From: Hyperthermus butylicus DSM 5456
GTDB lineage: Archaea > Thermoproteota > Thermoprotei_A > Sulfolobales > Pyrodictiaceae
Length of the DNA stretch: 32,000 bases
Reading direction: 5' to 3'
Assembly: GCF_000015145.1 (NCBI RefSeq)
Contig: NC_008818.1
Span: 1,350,001-1,382,000 of the forward strand
Position numbers and translations under genes: made by a program. Within the stretch, counting starts at the first letter, position 1, and each line of letters begins with the position of its first letter. Of this stretch, positions 10,227-19,715 are shown one piece after another. The notes beneath the pieces were generated by a model. It was not told where the DNA came from. It saw nothing but the letters and a program-made list of their open reading frames with translations, and made no database searches.

Positions 10227-11658
10227 TCATTTGGTTCCAACACCCCGCACATACCTTCCAAGGTATTCTGCAATATGCATAATACCGATTTCGAGACCGT
10301 AGATCTTTGCACCGCCAGCAATTGAGTGCATGCAGACCGGGCAAGCTGTTACTACGAGGCTTCGCCTTACTCTCACGTATATGGTCTATCTTCCTCTTGA
10401 GTGCTACGGCCCACGCCTTCTCGGTCTTCTCGATGAACTCTTTCTCCTTCTCGCCGCTAATGAGGTCCTCGGGTTTGAGTCCTACTAGGCTGGAGAACTG
10501 CTTGATCATCTCCATGCTCATACAGCCTATGCCTCCTCCACCGCCACAGCATAGACTGTTTACGCCATGATGGGGTAGTGGCCTAAACCTTCTGCTAACC
10601 TTCGCCATGACCCTGTAGGGTTCCTCTACCACACCTCCCCTCCGGACAAGCTGGCACGGATCATGCCATGTTACCTCGTCGTCTGCCGTCTCGAACTCCA
10701 ACTTACCCTTTGAAATTAGCTCGTCGACAAGCTCTACTATGTGGAGCACCTTGAAATCGAGCTTTCTGCCAAGGACTGTTGGCGCCTTCCAACGCAGCCA
10801 GAAATAGGGGAAGCCGCCGTCCAGCAATACTACAGTCTTTACGCCGAGCTTTTCAATGCTGTCAACGAGCCTCTTGAGAGCTTCCTTGGCAGCTTCCGGT
10901 CTTCCGGCTACAGCGGCTACCGGCGTTCTAAAGCCCAGTGGCTTGCTGGGCACTGTGTAGTCTAGCTTGGCAGCCTCTAGGATCTTTATGGCGCCAGCGA
11001 TGGCTCCGGGGTAGAATAGTGCGTCTGTCAGCATTGGCAGTAGTAGTATCTCCGCGCCAGCCTTATCGTATGGCAGCTTCTTCCCGATAGCCTCCTCAGC
11101 CTTGGTTAGTGCAGCCTTCCAAGCCTCCATAAGGCTTGGAACCTCGTAGAATGCTCCGCTCCTCTCTAGCTCGGCGAAGAAGTCTATGAGGGATGGCACT
11201 CTACCCATATCAGTGGCCACAATCTTTAACAGCTCCTGGATCACACTACCACTGTCAATTCCGAACGGACATGTCAGGTAGCAGTGGCCACAGTTTGTAC
11301 ACCGATACACAGCCTCTACAATCTCGTCAAGATCCTTCTCGCTCTTTGGAAGCTTGGCGTTCACTAGCCAGCCAAGTATCCTACCAGCAAACGTTAGCTT
11401 CTTACGGTATATGTAGCGTGCCTTTTCAGCCTTAATCATCGGTGCATTCCGCTCATCTACATAGTAGTATGGACATGCTGGTGCACATACACCACAGCCA
11501 ACGCACGCCTCTAGGAAGTGTAGCTTGACGACATCTATCCTGCCCACAAACTTGGCTACAGCCCTATCCAGTTTCGCCTTGTCAAAGCCGCTCCAGGAAA
11601 TTCTCTCCCTCACCTTCATAGCTATATCGCGTGCCACGGGGCTACCTGTCGCGGCCAT
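10227..11658 (-). CDS. isp2: Isp2/HdrD-type Fe-S protein of the hydrogenase operon; apparent 1-nt frameshift near 10358
   Basis: CVGCGVCAPACPYYYV and CTNCGHCYLTCPFG ferredoxin motifs plus a CCG domain (HDPCQLVRRGG, CCGGGGG). The listed ORF ends at 10198, but the alternative frame gives LVVTACPVCMHSIAGGAKIYGLEIGIMHIAEYLGRYVRGVGTK* ending at 10227, which is the expected C-terminus. Confidence 0.88.
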
Positions 11659-11679
11659 AGGCTACCACCTCCCTGCAGC

Positions 11680-12522
11680 TTACACTACACCCTTACGCAC
11701 CTTCACATCCCAATACTTGTGGATCTCGCCATACCAGTAGCCAAACACAAAGTGCCAGTACTTGGAGAATGGAATCCACATCAGCAGGATCTCTGCCAGG
11801 AGCACGTGCAGGCCCAGCAACAGCCTATACGTTGCAGTATTGACTGTCGGTACTTCCGCGCTACCAATACCATACCTTGCTGCAAGGAAGCCGGTAAGCA
11901 GTATGCCTAGTAGCAGCAGGTAGTTGAACATGTCGCTTAGTTTGAGGCCGCGCACACCCCTGATGCTATCAGCTATTCTTAAAATCATCTTGGCTACAAT
12001 TCCAATCATTGCTAGTACTGCTAGCACATCACCATTCAGTATCACCGTTAAGGGGCCCCAGATGCTTTCACGGAACACGCTCCCGTCGAACCCTGGCGGT
12101 AGTAGGCTTGACACCGATGGAGCACTGCTAGAGTAGCTCTCCGGTATCCAAAGCCCTAGCTGCGCCACAACACGGTATATTGGCAGGTAGTACGACCATA
12201 CTGCGACGTGCTGCGATAGCAGGAACAGTATCGGTAGGACACCTATTATGTGTAGTAGCATCAGTCCAAAGAGGAATTCCTCCTTTCTATTCTTCGCGGC
12301 AAATATTATTGGTACAATGAAAGTTTTTGGAAATTCTATTATGAGCTTCGATAATGGCCTCTTCCTAGCATCGGCTTTGACTGGTCTCCGCCAATAGAAT
12401 ATCATTCTAGCTATACGGTAGGCTACACCAAAGGCAAATACAGCTATGGCAATCCAGAAGAACTTATACACAGCGAACGTGTAGATAATGTCGCCCAACG
12501 CCACGGAGCCCACCCCCTTCAC
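11680..12522 (-). CDS. isp1: Isp1-type cytochrome b / NarI-DsrM-like membrane subunit of hydrogenase
   Basis: 280 aa, multiple TM segments with His residues. Located between the small subunit and the Isp2 gene, with a 4-nt overlap with the small subunit gene (12519-12522). Confidence 0.82.
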   Translation of the reverse strand: MKGVGSVALGDIIYTFAVYKFFWIAIAVFAFGVAYRIARMIFYWRRPVKADARKRPLSKLIIEFPKTFIVPIIFAAKNRKEEFLFGLMLLHIIGVLPILFLLSQHVAVWSYYLPIYRVVAQLGLWIPESYSSSAPSVSSLLPPGFDGSVFRESIWGPLTVILNGDVLAVLAMIGIVAKMILRIADSIRGVRGLKLSDMFNYLLLLGILLTGFLAARYGIGSAEVPTVNTATYRLLLGLHVLLAEILLMWIPFSKYWHFVFGYWYGEIHKYWDVKVRKGVV

Positions 12523-14051
12523 GCGCCCTTCTCCTTCTCCTTCTCACCTCCCGCGAGCTTACGGATACCATAAGCTGCGAGTACACCAACAACAGCCGCG
12601 CCGGCTGCGAGCTCGGTTGCAGCGGAGGCTTCAGGCTTCACGGGGGCTGGTAACGGCTTGTAGTACGGCTCATAGGCGTCCATGAAGCCTGGCATCGTGC
12701 AGCCTATGCAGACACCGCCGGTCCTAGTTGGACCGCCGACACCATTAACCCAGCCAATCTTGTTGTATGGACAATTTGATATGGGGCCTTTGCAGCCGAC
12801 GCTGAAGAGGCATGCGCCGCTAGGCTCGCCTGGCTCGCTGCGTAGTATACCTGCACGGTACTTTTCATTTCTCGGGCATTGCTCGTGTACAGAGCCTCCA
12901 AAGATGATCTTTGGCCTCCAGTACTGGTCAAGCTCTGGTAGAGGTAGCTCTCCCTTAACCCATAGTATGAGGTTTGTCAGGGTCTTCAGTTGCGCATTGC
13001 CGTTGGAGGGGCATCCTGGTACAGCTACGGCGGGCTTGCAGCTTGCATCGGGGCTTGGCTTGTCGGGTACACACTTGCCATCGATAAAGTCCACGTAGGG
13101 CTTCGCAAAGCTTCTAAATGGCTCTGGCGCTTGTTCAGCTAGTATCTTTGCGAAGCCCTTGTAGCCCCTAACGGGGTCGGGGAAGAAGCCTACACCGCCG
13201 GTTGGACTAAAGCTCCATCCATACCTGGCCCATTCCCTATACAGTTTGTAGCCTGTTGTTGACTCGTAATCCTCTAGCAGGTCGCTGCGAGCCCAGCTGA
13301 AAGCTACGGTGTTGCCGACAACGCCACCGTAGCTTGCACAGTTGCCAAAGCTAACAACTCCTATGGCGCGCTTCATAAGGCAGGCAAACCACCTTGCACA
13401 AGTGACGACATCCTCGCCACTAAGCCCCTTCATGCACTCTTCTGTCGCCTTCTCAACCTCGTCAATCTTCTCCACGAGCCTCTCAGCGATAATCTTGGCT
13501 CTCTCCGGCGATATGGCCTTGACAGCGTCAACCACTGGGAGCAGTGTGTTGGGCTTCATCTTGCCCTCAACTACCCTGCGGAGCTTCTCAAGCGACTCCA
13601 TAACAGTCTCGTAGTCACCAATGTAGCACAGCATGTTTGTGCCCTTAATGCCGGTTAGATCCTCGTCCGGTGGCATGGCCCCTTCTAGAATGAGCACGTA
13701 TGGATCGTATACGCCACCCAGGGCTAACAGAAGATGCGCTATAGAGCCGAAGCCCCATTCGGGCATAACAGTCTCATGGAATGGTAGTACAACAGCACCC
13801 GGTGGTGTTAGATTTGTAAGACCAGCTAGAACCTCAACAATGTCTGGCTCGGTAGCCTGTATCAAGGACGTTGTATCACCAGCGCAGTCCTGGGCTTCAA
13901 ACCATACAAGGCTAATACCTCCCGTCTCCAGTTCTGCAAAGGCTCTGCGTATTAGCTTACGCCAGTCAAGAGATGCTAGTAGCGCTGTGGTACCAGCAAG
14001 CTTTAGAAACTGTCTCCTAGACAGCCTTAGTTCTAGCACTCTTGAGCACAC
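12519..14051 (-). CDS. hynS: [NiFe]-hydrogenase small subunit, with Tat signal
   Basis: Tat motif LSRRQFLKLAG; FEAQDCAGDTTSLIQA; VVSFGNCASYGG; VPGCPSNG; CLFSVGCKGP; GGVCIGCTMPGFMD. Confidence 0.95.
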   Translation of the reverse strand: MCSRVLELRLSRRQFLKLAGTTALLASLDWRKLIRRAFAELETGGISLVWFEAQDCAGDTTSLIQATEPDIVEVLAGLTNLTPPGAVVLPFHETVMPEWGFGSIAHLLLALGGVYDPYVLILEGAMPPDEDLTGIKGTNMLCYIGDYETVMESLEKLRRVVEGKMKPNTLLPVVDAVKAISPERAKIIAERLVEKIDEVEKATEECMKGLSGEDVVTCARWFACLMKRAIGVVSFGNCASYGGVVGNTVAFSWARSDLLEDYESTTGYKLYREWARYGWSFSPTGGVGFFPDPVRGYKGFAKILAEQAPEPFRSFAKPYVDFIDGKCVPDKPSPDASCKPAVAVPGCPSNGNAQLKTLTNLILWVKGELPLPELDQYWRPKIIFGGSVHEQCPRNEKYRAGILRSEPGEPSGACLFSVGCKGPISNCPYNKIGWVNGVGGPTRTGGVCIGCTMPGFMDAYEPYYKPLPAPVKPEASAATELAAGAAVVGVLAAYGIRKLAGGEKEKEKGA

Positions 14052-14074
14052 CCCGTCTCAGCATGATCAAGTAG

Positions 14075-14084
14075 TTATTTTAAG
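14075..14084 (-). promoter_or_regulatory. Candidate archaeal TATA box for the hydrogenase operon
   Basis: CTTAAAATAA on the minus strand, 24-33 nt upstream of the GTG start at 14051, compatible with a leaderless transcript. Confidence 0.4.
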
Positions 14085-14532
14085 TTTGTGTAGAGTAAAT
14101 AAAGGTAACGCTGTAAACACTCAATTAGTATAACACTATAGAACAATATTGAAAATGCAAAAACGATGGGTCTGGAAGGGGGGCAAATCATTGGCAACGG
14201 TGATACTTGTTGACGGTTGCCGAAGAGTATACGACCCTGGAGTGAGCCTATCTGGATAGTCATGGATTACCTAACTTTGCTGTAAGTGTACCCCGGGAGA
14301 GCTCGTTCCAGCAGTACCGTACAGGTTGTATTAGCACGGCTGGGAAGAGGGCGCCAAGTATACAAGCGTCCTACTAGACTCTTCTAGGCTTGGGTGGTGG
14401 TCTCCAAAGAGCCCGGCCAGGGGCGTTGAATCTCCTCGATCCCTTCTCGGTCTCTGAATCCGAAGTTTGGCTTAACACCGGCCTCTCACTGCACTAGTAA
14501 GCGCTGAGCTGCAGGTCTTCGGGCTCTCTGGC

Positions 14533-15138
14533 TTGAGAGTAGGATGTTCAGGGTGCTGTGGTGTGAGGCTGCTAGTACTGGGTGTCGGCAATCCCCTCTT
14601 TGCCGACGACGGGCTGGGTTACTGTGTTGTTCGGGGTCTCGAGGAGTGTAGTTCTAGGCCATCATGTGTAGAGTTTGAGGCTGTTCAAGCTCTCGAGCCA
14701 GGCCTAGTAGCGCTCTTCGAGGGTAGGGACCATGTTGTGATCATTGATATTGTGGATCCGCGTATGCTTCCTCCAGCTGCTAAGCTCTTAGTGGTGGAGC
14801 TTGACCCCAACAGGCTCAGTAGCTCCGAGATTACCGGAGCAATAGTTAGTACAAGCTCTCACGAGCTGAACCCGGCAAGCCTCGCGGTCTTAGCGAGAGC
14901 CTCAGGGCTCTTCAACGGTAGGGTGACCGTACTCGGCGTGCCGGGATTCAATATCGAGCTGGGAGGTAGGGTTTCCGGCGAGGCACTCCAGGCGCTCCCC
15001 GTTCTCGTTAGGGAGCTCAGCTCTAGGATCTCGAGGCTCTGTGGCGAGGAGATAGTGGTGGACATGGAGTGCTTCTGGAGGATCGTTAGCAGAGAGTGTA
15101 GCGTTAGTCACGGTGGAGCTGGTGCCAGCCCAGGGTAG
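14533..15138 (+). CDS. Hydrogenase maturation endopeptidase (HyaD/HycI family)
   Basis: LLVLGVGNPLFADDGLGYCVVRGLEE and ALEPGLVALFEGRDHVVIIDIVD, the M52 signature with conserved acidic residues; adjacent to the hydrogenase operon. Confidence 0.88.
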   Translation: MRVGCSGCCGVRLLVLGVGNPLFADDGLGYCVVRGLEECSSRPSCVEFEAVQALEPGLVALFEGRDHVVIIDIVDPRMLPPAAKLLVVELDPNRLSSSEITGAIVSTSSHELNPASLAVLARASGLFNGRVTVLGVPGFNIELGGRVSGEALQALPVLVRELSSRISRLCGEEIVVDMECFWRIVSRECSVSHGGAGASPG

Positions 15139-15266
15139 AGCTAGACATAGCAGTCGAGGTTACAGCACGCGTCGTGGCCGAGGCTTACAAGTCCACGCTG
15201 GAGCTGGCGAGGGAAGCAGCAGAGATAGTTGAGTCTGAGCGTGCCGGTGAAACCTAGGGGCATGGC

Positions 15267-15968
15267 TTGAAGCCCGTCTACCGCTGCAGGGTCTGCAGCG
15301 CCTACACCGAGGAGCCAGTACACTGTGGCAGGCCCGCAGAGCCGTTGATGACGGGGGAGCAGAGGCTAAGGCTTAGCAAGCTCATGACAACCCTGCTGCG
15401 CCATCTCCCCCACGAAGCTGGGCTACGCCTCGACCCCCAAGGGTGGGTTGGAATAGACGAGCTTGTCCGCGGGATAAGGGAGAGGTGGAGGAACCGCCAC
15501 CTCTACCAGTGGGTTACCCGGGACCACGTCATAGCGGTAGCTCTCCTTGACCCGAAGGGGAGGTTCCAGCTAGACCTCGCGAGGGGCAGGATAAGAGCCG
15601 CCTACGGCCACACTGTGAGGGTTGAGCTGGGCTACCGCCCCCTCAGCATGGATGAGTTGCCAGACAAGCTGTACCACGGCACTGTTGCAGAGAACCTGGC
15701 TTCGATACTGAGTGAGGGGCTTAAGCCCATGAGGAGGCTGATGGTTCACATGACAACAGACTACAGCTCCGCCGTGGAGACAGGGCGGAGGCACGGGCCT
15801 AACGTTGTGGTACTTGTCATAGATCCTCGATGCCTGGCGAAACACGGCATACCAGTCTACCGAGCTAGCGACACTATCTACCTGGCTCCTAGTGTGCCAC
15901 CAAACTGCATTACAGGGAAAATAGCGCGAAACCCGCAATCGGCCAGGAAGACCTACCTGCATGCCTAG
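15267..15968 (+). CDS. kptA: RNA 2'-phosphotransferase (Tpt1/KptA) with N-terminal Cys-rich extension
   Basis: RLSKLMTTLLRHLPHEAGLRLDPQGWVGIDELV, GRIRAAYGHTVRVELGY, LYHGTVAENLASILSEGLKPMRRLMVHMTTDYSSAVETGRRHG are Tpt1 motifs. N-terminus YRCRVCSAYTEEPVHCG. Confidence 0.95.
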   Translation: MKPVYRCRVCSAYTEEPVHCGRPAEPLMTGEQRLRLSKLMTTLLRHLPHEAGLRLDPQGWVGIDELVRGIRERWRNRHLYQWVTRDHVIAVALLDPKGRFQLDLARGRIRAAYGHTVRVELGYRPLSMDELPDKLYHGTVAENLASILSEGLKPMRRLMVHMTTDYSSAVETGRRHGPNVVVLVIDPRCLAKHGIPVYRASDTIYLAPSVPPNCITGKIARNPQSARKTYLHA

Positions 15969-16280
15969 ACGGCTACGCCTTCCTCTCCATACTTACTGCC
16001 AACAGGCAGTAGGCTGCCCCAGGACCCGCGATAACCCGGATACCCTCCTGGCGTTCAGAGGGCTAACACCGATGGAGAAAACCTTAGTGATATCGAGAGG
16101 CTGACGGGGCTATGGGAGCAATTGTTGATGCATCAGTAATCGCAGCCGCTGCAAAGGGGATGGGAAGACCATTAGAACGTTAATATGGTGGTATTAGTCT
16201 GGCAGGATTTAGCATTAGTGAGTTTTTGATGCGCATCCTAGTCTTTCCCATCACCCTTCTTATTCCGGTGCCCAACGTGG

Positions 16281-17240
16281 TTGCTAGCCCCTCGGCGGTT
16301 ATGCTTGGAGGCTGCTGTTATCGCTAGAGTCATTATCGCAGTAGCACTTACCGTGGTCGGCCTAGCTGTTGGTAGGGGGAGTCTTGCCCGTGCTGTATAT
16401 AGGGCTGTAACGCTACTCCTACTCTACTTCTCTATGCCTATACTTACCTGGTATACTGTCGGCATTGCCTTGCCTAGGTTTCTCAAACTTATAGATGTCA
16501 TGGTAGTCGGCTTCGCCTACATAGTAGTAGCACTGGTTGCTGTAACATTGCTTACCTCGTTTGCCGGGAAAAGGCTCGGTTGGAACTGTAGGGTTAAGGC
16601 AGCTGTGACGCTAGCCTCGGTATTCCAGAACGCCTTCTTCCTGCCACTACCAGTCGTGCTGCTGCTTGGGGGTACAGTTGAGCCAATAGTAGCCTATGGC
16701 ATAGCATTTAGTACTATGACTGGGTTTGCTGTACCATTCATTGCTAGTAGGTGCAGCCCATCACGCGGACCAAGGGGGCTGTGGGAGCCCCTACGTGGAC
16801 TACTCACCTATCCACCATTCTACGGGCTTCTGGCGGGTATCGCCACGATACCTCTGAGCTGGCAGCTTTACGCGAGCGCCGGCTCAGTGATAGCAGTGTT
16901 GAAGAGCGTTGCGTCAGAGGCTACCTTGTTGAGCTTCTACCTTGTAGGGGCTAGCATAGCATTAACGTGGCCTCCAAGGATAGACTCAGCTGTCGTCTTT
17001 ACCGCCCTCTGGAGGCTCCTCATCTCCCCCATAGTACACCTCGGACTCGCTGCCCTATTGGGGCTCGGCAGTTGGCTGTTGAAGTGCGTCCTGATAGAAT
17101 CGATTATGCCCCCAGCCACCATGAACCTCGTATTCTCAGAGTACTACAGGTTAGAAACGAGCGTCGTGGCCTCCTCAATAGCATTCATAACGCTTCTCTC
17201 CCTCGCCCTGGTAGGACTGTTAGCAATCTCACCTCCATAG
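16281..17240 (+). CDS. AEC (auxin efflux carrier) family transporter
   Basis: 319 aa, about 10 TM; VFQNAFFLPLPVVLLLGG and the C-terminal MPPATMNLVFSEYYRLETSVVASSIAFITLLS match the AEC family pattern. Confidence 0.8.
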   Translation: MLAPRRLCLEAAVIARVIIAVALTVVGLAVGRGSLARAVYRAVTLLLLYFSMPILTWYTVGIALPRFLKLIDVMVVGFAYIVVALVAVTLLTSFAGKRLGWNCRVKAAVTLASVFQNAFFLPLPVVLLLGGTVEPIVAYGIAFSTMTGFAVPFIASRCSPSRGPRGLWEPLRGLLTYPPFYGLLAGIATIPLSWQLYASAGSVIAVLKSVASEATLLSFYLVGASIALTWPPRIDSAVVFTALWRLLISPIVHLGLAALLGLGSWLLKCVLIESIMPPATMNLVFSEYYRLETSVVASSIAFITLLSLALVGLLAISPP

Positions 17241-17541
17241 AATGGTTAATGGACACGCCGATATGGATGGAACTCAATTACGTCTTTGTAGGCTTCTAGG
17301 GGGCAGCTGAGCATCCACGGCCTATACCGTGCCAGGAGAACACCGTGAAGTACTGGAACGAGAACTCATACTCCAAAGCGGCAGCATAAAGCGGCATGGA
17401 ATAGTGTCGAGAATAGATCTGCATAGCCAAGCCCAGTCACGAGCACACGGCAAATACTCAAATCCTAGCTACCTTTTAACTCGCGACTAGCCTTAATTAT
17501 GGAGTTTGAAATACAATATAGTCTTTGTGGCTAGTTCGCGA

Positions 17542-18426
17542 CTATGTGCAGGGTGTCATCGCACCATCCATTACTATTGTTGCACCGTTCATGTACTCGG
17601 CGCTTGGCGACAAGAGGAAGGCTAGCAGGTTCGCTAGCTCTTCGGGTCGCGCGACTCTGCCCAGGGGGGTTGCCTCCAGTACGAGCTTTCTCCACGCCTC
17701 CTCCGGGCTTAGACCCATAGACTCGCCTATCCTGGCTACGTTTCTCCTGGCTCCCGGCGTGTCGAAGCTTCCGAGCAGCACGGTGTAGGCCCTTATGCCC
17801 CGGCCGCCGTAGCTCCGTGCAACCAGTTTTGCAAGCTGTACCAGTCCCGCCCTCGACACATCCGCAAGAGCGAACGGGGTCATAGGCGCCTTCACACTGA
17901 CCGATGAAAGGTATACGAAGACGCCGCTTCCCCGCCTGAGGAACCTTGGCAGGAGGAGGCTTGTAAGGAACCCTGGCGCGACAAGGTGGAGCCTTGCTGC
18001 TTCAAGCCAGTCGCTATAGCCTGCATCCTCGAGGTGGCAGGGCTCGCAGGAGACGTTCCCGGCATTAAATACTAGAGCGTCAAGACCCCCCAGGCCATCC
18101 CATGCCTCCTCTACAAGCCTCACAAGATCATCCCTTCTGGTAAGGTCAGCCTGGATAGCGATAGGCTCGACTCCTGTCTCCTCCTTTATCTCCTTGGCAG
18201 CCCTCTCCAATGCCTCCCGGCTCCTAGACGATATAGCCACGCTAGCGCCAAGCCTGGCAAGCCCCCTGGCGGCATAGAACCCGATACCACGACTTGAAGC
18301 AGTAACAAGAACATTCACGCCACGTAGATCGAAGCTTGCCCTGCCAGGCAAATTAGAGCCCACCCCTTCACTGCACCCTTGGTCTGGGCGTGGCAGCTCC
18401 AGCAGCTCAAGACTCCGGAGCAGCAA
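17542..18426 (-). CDS. Short-chain dehydrogenase/reductase (FabG-like)
   Basis: GVNVLVTASSRGIGFYAARGLARLGASVAISSRS, LDALVFNAGN, GRVARPEELANLLAFLLSPSAEYMNGATIVMDGAM. The start may be internal. Confidence 0.88.
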   Translation of the reverse strand: MLLRSLELLELPRPDQGCSEGVGSNLPGRASFDLRGVNVLVTASSRGIGFYAARGLARLGASVAISSRSREALERAAKEIKEETGVEPIAIQADLTRRDDLVRLVEEAWDGLGGLDALVFNAGNVSCEPCHLEDAGYSDWLEAARLHLVAPGFLTSLLLPRFLRRGSGVFVYLSSVSVKAPMTPFALADVSRAGLVQLAKLVARSYGGRGIRAYTVLLGSFDTPGARRNVARIGESMGLSPEEAWRKLVLEATPLGRVARPEELANLLAFLLSPSAEYMNGATIVMDGAMTPCT

Positions 18427-18818
18427 TAATGTGCTTAGCTAGGCATGAAGTATAGGAGGTCCATTAGCACAATATACGGCATCAAATGTCGTAATAGCAA
18501 TGCGACTATCACAGCTGTCTGGGGTTGCTAGGAGGCTGCAAAGCCCTACCGCTGCAATGCTGTAACACTCGTCATACATGCTTATGCTATAACATTAATA
18601 ACATCGACGTGTTTTATATGATATTTTTTATTATGATATGCGGAGCGTATTGCCTTAGACTTTGATGTCTAAGTATGTCGAACCCTTCATGTGGTCATCC
18701 CCGAGACCTGTAGGTAGGCTGCTACCCGAAGGTTTCTGGCCCACCTATTTAACCAGCTCATCCATTCCCGGCCGCTAGAACCTGGAAGACTGAACAGAGG
18801 TCTAGATAAGGCGCCCTA

Positions 18819-19523
18819 ATGGTGAGCCATGCCTTGAGAAAGCTTGTGGTAGTACTAGGCCTTGTAGCTCTAATACTAGTGTTCGGCATCGCCGCCTACA
18901 GGCACGCTGAGGCAATGAGTAACGGCGCGCCACAGCTCAACTGTCTACAGTGCCACCAGAGTGCGGCGCAGAATCCGGTGGACTTCACTATAACTGGCCT
19001 GCCGCAGAACTACCAGCCGGGCAAGACCTACACGATAACGATCAAGATCAATAATGGCCCAGACTGTAGCAGTGGCGTAGCCTGTGGCGGCTTTGCAGTA
19101 GTGGTAGATGCTGGCGAGCTAATAGCCAGCGACAGCAAGAACACCTTCATCTCCGGCGAGATACTAACCCACACCAAGGACGGCTCAATGCTGCGCGAGT
19201 GGACATTCCAGTGGAAGGCTCCAGAGAACCCAGTGCCGGTAACCTTCAACATATCCGTAATAGCTGCCAACGGTGACGGCACCTTCAACGGCGATGCCTT
19301 CGGTAATAAGGTGATAAAGATAGAGCCCGCCAAGGCCGCTGAAGAGGAGCCTGCTAAACAAGAGGAGGAGCCGAGCACAACAACCACAACAACTACGACT
19401 ACAACCACTAGGACGGTGACAACCGTTGAGAAGACAGAGCACAACCTGCCTCTAGCGATAGCTGTAGCAGTTGTAATATTCGTAGTAGTAGTTGCCGGCT
19501 ACCTACTACTAGCCAGGAAATAA
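18819..19523 (+). CDS. Exported, C-terminally membrane-anchored c-type cytochrome-like protein (one CxxCH) with a Reeler/choice-of-anchor-V-like domain
   Basis: N-terminal hydrophobic signal; NCLQCHQ heme site; PGKTYTITIKI...GGFAVVVDAGEL...GEILTHTKDGSMLREWTFQWKAPENPVPVTFNISVIAANGDGTFNGDAFG; Thr-rich linker; single C-terminal TM LPLAIAVAVVIFVVVVAGYLLLARK. Confidence 0.75.
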   Translation: MVSHALRKLVVVLGLVALILVFGIAAYRHAEAMSNGAPQLNCLQCHQSAAQNPVDFTITGLPQNYQPGKTYTITIKINNGPDCSSGVACGGFAVVVDAGELIASDSKNTFISGEILTHTKDGSMLREWTFQWKAPENPVPVTFNISVIAANGDGTFNGDAFGNKVIKIEPAKAAEEEPAKQEEEPSTTTTTTTTTTTRTVTTVEKTEHNLPLAIAVAVVIFVVVVAGYLLLARK

Positions 19524-19715
19524 GGCCTGGCCAGCCACAGTAGTGCGACTATCCAAAACCCGGCCATACAATGTTTTTAGCGACATATAGCGCCTCCAAA
19601 ATCTTCAGACCATTCTGCCCCGGGAAACCTTGTCAAACCCCGTTTTCTGCCGGAAGCCGGGCACCTCGCGAGATATACTCTATGATTAAGTAGTAAACAG
19701 GCATGGTGGCCGGTA

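Noticed and set aside
16130-16150. Palindrome TGATGCATCA and nearby GATGG...CTGAC resembling C/D box parts
   Set aside because: Box spacing and sequences do not fit a C/D sRNA; likely chance in an intergenic region.
19028-19444. Minus-strand ORF with poly-Val (VVVVVVVVVVV)
   Set aside because: Antisense shadow of the ACA/ACT Thr-rich stalk of the 18819-19523 protein.
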